Below, piece after piece: positions 47,306 to 54,869 of a stretch of 64,000 nt of DNA. The position numbers and the translations under genes are program-made. Numbering within the stretch: the stretch's first letter is position 1; each line of letters begins with the position of its first letter. Under the pieces are notes generated by a model that was given only the letters and a program-made list of their open reading frames with translations, ran no database searches and was not told the DNA's origin. This stretch comes from an uncultured Planctomycetaceae bacterium (GTDB lineage: Bacteria; Planctomycetota; Planctomycetia; Pirellulales; PNKZ01), in the NCBI GenBank assembly GCA_964387325.1, contig CAYLYE010000004.1:1661-65660 (forward strand). The letters are read 5' to 3'.

Positions 47306-50104
47306 ATGAACATGGCGACGAATGACGCCTGCGATCCGTTGACCGATGGTCTCATGGGAGACTTTCTTGACGAGTCCACCGATCTGATGCGGCGGCTCAA
47401 CGAGGGGCTCTTGCAATTGGACCTCGACGTTAAGAGCGGCAGCAACTCGGCCTCGACCAACGAGGAACTGCTTAACGATATTTTTCGCGCGGCCCATAGC
47501 CTCAAGGGGCTCTCAGGCATGCTGGGGCTGCAAAACATCAATGCCCTGACCCATAAAGTCGAGAATGTGTTCGACGCCGTTCGCAGTGGACGAATGTCCG
47601 TGGTCGGCAGCGTCGTCGATGTTTCCTTTCAGGCGATCGATCGCCTGGATGCGATGATCGAGCTACTGAAATCGGGTGAAAACGGAGACGTCGCCTATAC
47701 GGACGTCATCGACCGTATTGAAGTTGTGTTGCGTGGCGAGCCGCAGTCCGAAATCGTCACGGATCCGATGCGGCTCGTCCCGCCCACGCAGATGGCCGAC
47801 GTGTTAGCTGATATTCAAGACGATGTCGATATTCCAGCCAAGTATTTGGGTATCTTCATCGACGAGTGCGAACTCACGCTCGACGCCTTATCTGACACGC
47901 TATTGCAAGAAATCCAACCGTCACAGGTCGAGTCATTGCTGGTCGGTTGCCATCGGATCAAAGGTTCTGCAGCGTCGATCGGACTCCGACGCGTGGCCCG
48001 CTTGGCGCACCTGATGGAAGACCACTTGCAGGAGTTGCGCCGCATCGCGGCTGTTCCCACGGGCGAGATGGTCGATGCGCTATTCAAGTCGGTCGATGCC
48101 ATTCGTGCCTATGTCAACGGACTACGGACAGGCCGACCCGACACGAACAGCTTGGGCGACGCCTGTCGTTGGATGGTCCGCATTAGTCCCACGAACGATT
48201 CGAGCCCTGCGAACTCGGCAAGCAGTCCTACGTCACCCCCGCCATCGACGAACGATTGGCAGCGGGCCGTTCGCGCAGCGATCCCGCCAGACGTTTCAGG
48301 GTATCTCGGGCATGTCGTGTTCGATGAGAATCTGGCGCTGGTGGAACTCAAGGCGCGACTGTTGCTAGAGAAGATTCAACGCTTCGGAAACCTGTTTTAT
48401 GCCTCGCCGGCCGAAGATGAACTGGATTCGATTCACGAGCTGACCAGCTTGAGCTTTGGGTTAGCGACCCAGGCCGAGCTGACCGCCTTGCGCCAAGAAC
48501 TCAACGTGACGGGTGTCCTTACGATCGACTGGGTGCCGTTTCAGCCGCACACCGCAATCGACGGCATCGCTGCGGTCCGCGACCCCGCGCCAGACGCCGA
48601 TCTCGACCTGGTTGCGGACGAGGTTACCGCGCCGACGGGTGATGGTGCGGCTGCATCTTCGTCGCGCTCAACGACGAGTTCGCCTGCCTCAAGCGACCCC
48701 AAAAGCAAACCCACCGAAACGCTGCGCGTCGATATCGAGCGACTGGATCAGCTCATGAGCCTGGCCGGTCAATTGGTCATCACCAAGGCGCGTTTCAGTC
48801 AAATCGGTCAAAAACTCAAACGATTGTTCTCCGACAAGTTAATTTCCAACTGTCTCGCCGATGCGATTAAGCAAACCGAACGACTCTCAAATGAGTTGCA
48901 TGACACGGGGCGTGATCGTTTGCCGGAACGAGAATCCTTGTTCGCGAAAACTCAACAGATCCACGGCGATCTGAATCTCGTGCAACGCGACTTGGTGCGG
49001 TTTGGCGAGGTGCGCGGAATGATAAACGATCTGTCCGAAGCGATTCATCAGCTGGATCGAGTATCGGACGGAATTCAGTCTTCGGTCATGGACACGCGGA
49101 TGGTTCCGATCGGTCCGTTGTTCTCGCGCTTCAAACGTGTCGTGCGCGATCTGGGACGGTCGAGCGGCAAAGAAATCAACTTAGCCATCCACGGCGAACA
49201 CACCGAACTCGACAAGCGGATGATCGACGAGTTGGGCGACCCCCTGATACATCTGATTCGCAACTCGGCCGATCATGGTATCGAAGCGCCCGAGGGACGC
49301 GCAGCAGCCGGAAAATCACGGCACGGCACCATCACGCTCAATGCCTTCCATCGCGGGAATCGGATCGTTATTCAAGTGACCGACGATGGCCGGGGGCTCG
49401 ACGCCGCGAGAATCCGCGCCAAGGCGGTTGCCAAAGGTTGGATGAATGAGCTCGAAGCCGAAAAAATGACCGACGCCCAGGTCTATCAATTGATCTGGCG
49501 CCCCGGATTCAGCACGGCCGAACGCGTGACCGAGGTGTCCGGTCGCGGGATGGGCATGGATATCGTCGGCTCAAAGATCGAGCAACTCAACGGTCTGGTC
49601 GAACTATCATCCAAGCCGGGGCTTGGGACGACGTTTGAAATCAAGCTACCACTCACGATGGCGATCTTGCCGAGTTTGCTGATGGTGATCGGCGCGGATG
49701 TTTTTGCCGTGCCGGTCGAGTCCGTGATCGAGATTGTCCGCGTGGCCGAGCATGGCGTGACGACTGTCTATGGCCGACCAACGACGCGCGTCCGCGGTCG
49801 GGTCATCTCTCTCGTGCGATTGAGCGACCTGTTTGGCGACACCATCGCCGCAACGGATCGCGATCCTGCGAACCTGACGGTCGTCATCGTTGGCAGCGAG
49901 GGGCGCGAGATCGGTATCGTGGTCAACGACTTGCTAGGCGAGCAAGACGTGGTGATCAAATCGCTCACTGAGAATTTCCAAAATATCGATGGCATTGCCG
50001 GAGCAAGCATCCTCGGAGATGGTCGCGTTTCGTTGATTCTAGACGTGACCGCATTATTGCAGATGGCATGCAGCGAGCCACGTGGCACCGGTGCCGGATC
50101 GTGA
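47306..50104 (+). CDS. cheA: Chemotaxis histidine kinase CheA with two tandem HPt domains
   Basis: HPt-1 is FRAAHSLKGLSGMLGL and HPt-2 is GCHRIKGSAASIGL. The dimerisation segment is ETLRVDIERLDQLMSLAGQLVI. HATPase motifs are LIHLIRNSADHGIE, DDGRGLD and GRGMGMDIV. A C-terminal CheW-like domain is present. Confidence 0.92.
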   Translation: MNMATNDACDPLTDGLMGDFLDESTDLMRRLNEGLLQLDLDVKSGSNSASTNEELLNDIFRAAHSLKGLSGMLGLQNINALTHKVENVFDAVRSGRMSVVGSVVDVSFQAIDRLDAMIELLKSGENGDVAYTDVIDRIEVVLRGEPQSEIVTDPMRLVPPTQMADVLADIQDDVDIPAKYLGIFIDECELTLDALSDTLLQEIQPSQVESLLVGCHRIKGSAASIGLRRVARLAHLMEDHLQELRRIAAVPTGEMVDALFKSVDAIRAYVNGLRTGRPDTNSLGDACRWMVRISPTNDSSPANSASSPTSPPPSTNDWQRAVRAAIPPDVSGYLGHVVFDENLALVELKARLLLEKIQRFGNLFYASPAEDELDSIHELTSLSFGLATQAELTALRQELNVTGVLTIDWVPFQPHTAIDGIAAVRDPAPDADLDLVADEVTAPTGDGAAASSSRSTTSSPASSDPKSKPTETLRVDIERLDQLMSLAGQLVITKARFSQIGQKLKRLFSDKLISNCLADAIKQTERLSNELHDTGRDRLPERESLFAKTQQIHGDLNLVQRDLVRFGEVRGMINDLSEAIHQLDRVSDGIQSSVMDTRMVPIGPLFSRFKRVVRDLGRSSGKEINLAIHGEHTELDKRMIDELGDPLIHLIRNSADHGIEAPEGRAAAGKSRHGTITLNAFHRGNRIVIQVTDDGRGLDAARIRAKAVAKGWMNELEAEKMTDAQVYQLIWRPGFSTAERVTEVSGRGMGMDIVGSKIEQLNGLVELSSKPGLGTTFEIKLPLTMAILPSLLMVIGADVFAVPVESVIEIVRVAEHGVTTVYGRPTTRVRGRVISLVRLSDLFGDTIAATDRDPANLTVVIVGSEGREIGIVVNDLLGEQDVVIKSLTENFQNIDGIAGASILGDGRVSLILDVTALLQMACSEPRGTGAGS

Positions 50105-50132
50105 ATTCCTTTTCTACCCAAGAGACGTTGTC

Positions 50133-50759
50133 ATGTTGAATACGAACGAGATCACACCGATTCCGATTTGCTGGGAAACGGTATTCGGACCAGCCATCCA
50201 AGCCGCCTCGCAGGCGATGGGAGTTTGGACCCACGGTCGGGTCACGTTGTCGCTGGACGAAGTCTGCGAGATGCCGCTCGGTGACATCGAAAGCGTAATC
50301 CCTGGCGTCAACGAGACTTCGACCATCGTGATCCTGGGAGTGGCCGGCGAGGTCGGCGGACAAATGCTGCTCTCGATCGACGACCATGCGGCCATGAAAC
50401 TCACGTCCCTGCTGCTCAATCGCGAGCCCAGGGCGCTCGAAGCGTGGGGCGAGATCGAGCGATCCGCCCTAATGGAAACCGGCAACATCCTGAGTTCGGC
50501 ATTTTTGAGTGAGATGACCAACCTTACGGGAGTCCGTCTGTTTCCCACGCCGCCAATGATTTTGCATGACTACATCGCGGGGGTGCTCGAACAGGCGGTC
50601 ATGATGCAGGCGATCGAGTCGGACAACGTGCTGTTGGCGCGGACTTGCTTTCGTCATTTAGACGAGCGCGTCAATTGGAACATGGTATTTGTGCCGTCGG
50701 TTGAACTTTTACATCTGCTGCGCATTGTGGCGGGTGCCATGAACGCTGTTGAAACATAA
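50133..50759 (+). CDS. cheC: CheC-family CheY-P phosphatase-like protein
   Basis: SALMETGNILSSAFLSEMTNLTGVRLFPTPP matches the [D/S]xxxExxN(x~22)P CheC active-site motif. I do not see the N-terminal copy of the motif. Adjacent to cheD. Confidence 0.75.
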   Translation: MLNTNEITPIPICWETVFGPAIQAASQAMGVWTHGRVTLSLDEVCEMPLGDIESVIPGVNETSTIVILGVAGEVGGQMLLSIDDHAAMKLTSLLLNREPRALEAWGEIERSALMETGNILSSAFLSEMTNLTGVRLFPTPPMILHDYIAGVLEQAVMMQAIESDNVLLARTCFRHLDERVNWNMVFVPSVELLHLLRIVAGAMNAVET

Positions 50760-50791
50760 GACCATACAAAGAGCCGAAGGTTTGCACTGCT

Positions 50792-51325
50792 ATGACTGTC
50801 ACCGTTTACGTATCGTCCCCCAAGTCGGAGCGTCGCACGACGGCCTCACTCGAGGCTGCCGTTGCCGAGGCTTCAGTGGGCATGGGTCAAATCGCGATAT
50901 TATCTCCCGCGGGCATTGGCCGCGCCGTGCTAGGGTCCTGCGTGGGTCTGGTGCTCTACGAACCTCAGCAATGTTTCGCCGCCATGGCGCACATCGTGTT
51001 GCCCAACTCCGAAGGACGCAGGGGAACACCCGGTAAATTTGCCGATTCAGCGCTTCAGGAGATGATTGAATCGTTACGTCGACATGGCGTGTCGCCGACG
51101 AAACTCGTCGCAAAGTTGGCGGGTGGAGCGAACATGTTCGACTCGAAAGGCCCATTCCAGATCGGCCAGCAAAACGTGGACGCGATCTGCAATCATCTTG
51201 CAAAAGGCCGAATTCCTTTGCTCGGCTCTCACGTGGGGGGCACACGCGGTCGCCGCACAACGTTTGATTGTCGCGCGGGCAAACTTTTGGTGGAAGTGCT
51301 AGGGGCGGATCCGATCACGTTGTAG
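50792..51325 (+). CDS. cheD: Chemoreceptor glutamine deamidase CheD
   Basis: LGSCVGLVLYEP....AMAHIVLPNS (Cys/His contexts) and GGANMF...IGQQNV are typical of CheD. Confidence 0.9.
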   Translation: MTVTVYVSSPKSERRTTASLEAAVAEASVGMGQIAILSPAGIGRAVLGSCVGLVLYEPQQCFAAMAHIVLPNSEGRRGTPGKFADSALQEMIESLRRHGVSPTKLVAKLAGGANMFDSKGPFQIGQQNVDAICNHLAKGRIPLLGSHVGGTRGRRTTFDCRAGKLLVEVLGADPITL

Positions 51326-51376
51326 ATCTCGCACGACAGAACACGGTTTGAGTCATTCACTTGGTGAGAATTGGTC

Positions 51377-51751
51377 ATGGCACACACATTACTGGTAACC
51401 GACGACTCGATGATCATTCGCGAGTTGATCAAGGACACCGCCGCCGAGTGCGGCTGGACCGTTGTGGCGGAAGCCGCCAACGGGCAAGAGGCGATTGACA
51501 AATATCGCGCGTTGCGGCCAACCGCCGTGACACTCGATCTGGTCATGCCGGATTACGACGGGTTACACGCCCTCAAGGGGATTCGAGCCTTCGATCCCAA
51601 TGCCCGTGTGCTGGTCGTAAGTGCGATCAATCAGACGAACGTGCTGAAGGAAGCGATTCAATGTGGCGCTGCCGATTTTATCGTCAAGCCGTTTGAAAAG
51701 AATCAGATCGTCTCGGCCCTGAACGCTTTGGTTAGTTTCGCGGAAGTCTAG
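51377..51751 (+). CDS. cheY: CheY-like single-domain response regulator
   Basis: LLVTDDSMIIRE, VTLDLVMPDYDG, VVSAINQ and DFIVKPF. The track start at 51371 is TTG, so ATG 51377 is used. Confidence 0.9.
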   Translation: MAHTLLVTDDSMIIRELIKDTAAECGWTVVAEAANGQEAIDKYRALRPTAVTLDLVMPDYDGLHALKGIRAFDPNARVLVVSAINQTNVLKEAIQCGAADFIVKPFEKNQIVSALNALVSFAEV

Positions 51752-51804
51752 TACGAGCAGCTAACAATGAGAATTCGCGTGTTCCAAACGTGGGGGGAAA
51801 GACG

Positions 51805-52941
51805 ATGAAAAAGCCAATTCGAGTCTTGGTGGTCGACGACTCGCCGATGATTCGCGAGTTGATTCAGGACGCGCTCGCCACACACGCCGATATCACGGTG
51901 GTCGGCAGCGCCGTTGACGGTTTCGAGGCCCTGCGCGTGCTGGACGAGTTGCGGCCCGACGTGATTACGCTCGACGTGCAAATGCCGCGCCTGAACGGAC
52001 TCGATACGCTCGATCGGATCTTGGCCTGTCGACCAACGCCCGTGGTCATGGTGAGCGCCCTATCGCAACGCGCCGCGGATGTCACGCTGCAAGCGCTGGA
52101 TCGCGGGGCGATGGATTACGTTGCCAAACCCGATGGACTCGCCGAAATGAAACGCACCTTCGGCGAAGAACTTCCACAAAAGATTCGGAATATGGCCGGG
52201 GCCGACGTTCGCCGCGTGCTGCAGATTCGCAAAACTCGACAACTGCGAACGACGGTGAGTCGACAAGGCGCGACATCAACCGCGCCGTTGCCCGCCGATC
52301 GCTTCATGGGTTGTATTGTCATGGGCATCTCGACCGGCGGACCACCCGCCCTTACGCAGATATTTAGTTCACTCGCGCCCCCCCTGCCGCCCATCGTGAT
52401 CGTGCAACACATGCCGGCGATGTTCACAGGTCCGTTTGCGAATCGTTTGAATTCGCTCTCAGCGATCGGGGTTAAAGAGGCTGTGACTGGGGACGTTTTG
52501 CGACCCAACACGGCGCTCTTGGCTCCGGGAGGTAAACACCTGTCGCTGCGCCGCACACCCACGGGAATTCAAGCGGTCATCTGTGATGGCGAACCCGTGA
52601 GTGGTCATAAGCCTTCAGTCGACGTGATGATGAACAGCGCCGCACAACTCTTCGGCAAGCATTGCTTGGCGGTCATCATGACCGGCATGGGTCGCGACGG
52701 TTCAGACGGATGCGGAGCCATCCGAGCAGCCGGCGGATATGTGCTCGGCCAGGACGAAGCTTCTTCCGATGTCTATGGAATGAATAAGGTCGCGTTTGTC
52801 GAAGGGCACGTTGATTTGCAAGTGTCCCTCGCGAACCTGCCAGAATCGATTACCAACCAGGCACGTCGACGCTGCATCCGCGCCGTCGGCGTGACGAGCA
52901 CTGTGAACAAGGACTCCGCACACATGGGGATTTTATCATGA
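51805..52941 (+). CDS. cheB: Protein-glutamate methylesterase CheB (receiver + esterase)
   Basis: IRVLVVDDSPMIRE and ITLDVQMPRLNG in the receiver, with esterase motifs VMGISTGGPPAL, IVQHMP and IMTGMGRDG. ATG 51805 is preceded by GGGGGGAAAG. Confidence 0.92.
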   Translation: MKKPIRVLVVDDSPMIRELIQDALATHADITVVGSAVDGFEALRVLDELRPDVITLDVQMPRLNGLDTLDRILACRPTPVVMVSALSQRAADVTLQALDRGAMDYVAKPDGLAEMKRTFGEELPQKIRNMAGADVRRVLQIRKTRQLRTTVSRQGATSTAPLPADRFMGCIVMGISTGGPPALTQIFSSLAPPLPPIVIVQHMPAMFTGPFANRLNSLSAIGVKEAVTGDVLRPNTALLAPGGKHLSLRRTPTGIQAVICDGEPVSGHKPSVDVMMNSAAQLFGKHCLAVIMTGMGRDGSDGCGAIRAAGGYVLGQDEASSDVYGMNKVAFVEGHVDLQVSLANLPESITNQARRRCIRAVGVTSTVNKDSAHMGILS

Positions 52942-53303
52942 GTTTCAAGGTACTGGTCGCGGATGACTCGGGAGTCATGCGCAAAATAGTGATCCGCGCG
53001 CTGGCTTCGGCCGGAGTGAACGACGTGGTCGAAGCCGCCGACGGCAACGAGGCCATTCAACATTTTCAGCAACAGCCATTCGACTTGGTGCTGACCGACT
53101 GGAACATGCCCGGCAAATCCGGCATCGACGTCCTCAAGGCCATTCGTGCCTCAGGCGCGACGCTGCCGGTGGTGCTCATTACCACCGAGGCCGAAAAGGG
53201 GCGCGTCATGGAGGCAATTCAAGCGGGCGTCTCGGAATACGTCGTCAAACCGTTCGACGCGGCGACCCTGCAAGCCAAGTTAAGCAAATTCATTCAGCTC
53301 TAA
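52938..53303 (+). CDS. cheY: CheY-like single-domain response regulator
   Basis: VLVADDSGVMRK, VLTDWNMPGKSG, ITTEAEK and EYVVKPF. ATGA overlap with the cheB stop. Confidence 0.92.
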   Translation: MSFKVLVADDSGVMRKIVIRALASAGVNDVVEAADGNEAIQHFQQQPFDLVLTDWNMPGKSGIDVLKAIRASGATLPVVLITTEAEKGRVMEAIQAGVSEYVVKPFDAATLQAKLSKFIQL

Positions 53304-53332
53304 GCATCGCTCACACGCAATCTGTTGGCATC

Positions 53333-53851
53333 ATGCAATACGCGCCGATTAACATCGAGTTCATCAATCCGTTCGTCGAATCGACAGCCGCCGTCTTTCA
53401 GACCATGCTGGGCGTGACCGTAAAACGTGGCGCGCTCTATCTGAAAGAAAGTTTTCAGCCGTCACAAGAAGTGACGGGCATCATCGGCCTGTCCGGAATT
53501 GCTCGGGGATCGGTGCTGCTCGGCTTGAGCCGACCGATCGCCATCAAGGCTACCAGCATGCTGCTGGGCGAGCCCTGCGAATCGCTCGATCATCATGTGA
53601 TCGACGCCGTTGGCGAACTGACCAATATGATCACCGGAGCGGCCAAAGCCAAACTCGAACGATTGCAGATGAGCATCGGCTTGCCAACCGTCATTGTCGG
53701 ACGCAATCACACGGTCGTGTTTCCGACCGGGGTGGCGCCGATCGGCATTCCATTCGAGACCGATATTGGTCCCATCTGTTTGGAAGTAAGCCTAGCTGAA
53801 TCAACCGAGGCGGATCCGGTCAATAAATCCGCCGCCATCGTAACGACCTAA
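53333..53851 (+). CDS. cheX: CheX-like CheY-P phosphatase
   Basis: INPFVESTAAVFQTMLG N-terminus and a single DAVGELTNMITGAAKAKLERLQMSIGLP motif (DxxxExxN...P). Confidence 0.8.
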   Translation: MQYAPINIEFINPFVESTAAVFQTMLGVTVKRGALYLKESFQPSQEVTGIIGLSGIARGSVLLGLSRPIAIKATSMLLGEPCESLDHHVIDAVGELTNMITGAAKAKLERLQMSIGLPTVIVGRNHTVVFPTGVAPIGIPFETDIGPICLEVSLAESTEADPVNKSAAIVTT

Positions 53852-53874
53852 CTGCCCCTGGAAGGATCAACGAC

Positions 53875-54309
53875 ATGACCATCTTGCCATGTGAATCGAG
53901 CGTCATCCTGGTCGAGGACGATCTCGCACAAGCCAGGCTTTACGACAAAGTTCTCCGCGATGCTTTTGGCTCGGAAATTACGTTGCGTGTCTTTTCCGAT
54001 TCGAGCGAAGCGGCAGCCTATATCGATACGCATCTGGTCGACGTGCTGATTACCGACTTGCGCATGCCCAACGTCGACGGCTTGGAACTGATCCAACGCG
54101 CCAAGGACCGCTTTCGTGGCGTGCAGGTCCTGGTGATGACCGCCTTTTCCACGCCCGACAGCTTGCTGAAGTCGGTCGATCTTGGCGCGGCAGATTACCT
54201 GCTGAAGCCATTTCGCAATGAAGTGCTCATCGAACTCGTTACTCAGGCGCTCCAGCGACACGAACGCTGGCGGGCTTCGTTGTCACTCACGTTGCATCAA
54301 CACGTCTGA
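53875..54309 (+). CDS. Single-domain response regulator (receiver)
   Basis: VILVEDDLAQARL, LITDLRMPNVDG, VMTAFST and DYLLKPF. GGAAGGA precedes the ATG. Confidence 0.88.
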   Translation: MTILPCESSVILVEDDLAQARLYDKVLRDAFGSEITLRVFSDSSEAAAYIDTHLVDVLITDLRMPNVDGLELIQRAKDRFRGVQVLVMTAFSTPDSLLKSVDLGAADYLLKPFRNEVLIELVTQALQRHERWRASLSLTLHQHV

Positions 54310-54374
54310 GCAATTCTACCCGTCCCCGTGATCGGTCTCTGAATCATCCACCCCGTCGTTACTCAGGCTTCACC

Positions 54375-54869
54375 ATGCACCTACAGAATCAACCGTTGCG
54401 AGTCTTGCATATCGATGACGACACGGATGCGACACGCTGGGTGGCGGCGCTGTTGAGGCCGCGCGGAATCGAAGTCACGGCGTTGCATGACCCATCGCAA
54501 GCACTCGAACGAATCACCCAAGAAAACTTTCGCGTGGTGATCCTGGATATCGACTTTCCGACAATGAATGGTCTCGATTTGTTGCAACAAATTAAACAGG
54601 CCGATGGCGGGACCGCCGTGATCATGCTTACCGGCGTGGTCACACTCAGTAACGTGCTGCGGTCGATGCGCAAGGGAGCGACCGCTTGCCTCTTCAAGCC
54701 ACTCACGGACGCCGACACACTGATGAATTGCCTAAACGAGATCACCGGCAACTTCAATCGATGGTGGACCTCACTCAAGCAACTCTCGGAACTGCGTCGA
54801 CATGACGGCGAGTTCTATGCGGAATTATCCAGCACCCTACAGCCAAACACGTTGGAGAATCACGCATGA
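54375..54869 (+). CDS. Single-domain response regulator (receiver) with ~40-aa C-terminal extension
   Basis: VLHIDDDTDATR, VILDIDFPTMNG, MLTGVV and CLFKPL. ATGA overlap with the downstream CheA. Confidence 0.88.
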   Translation: MHLQNQPLRVLHIDDDTDATRWVAALLRPRGIEVTALHDPSQALERITQENFRVVILDIDFPTMNGLDLLQQIKQADGGTAVIMLTGVVTLSNVLRSMRKGATACLFKPLTDADTLMNCLNEITGNFNRWWTSLKQLSELRRHDGEFYAELSSTLQPNTLENHA

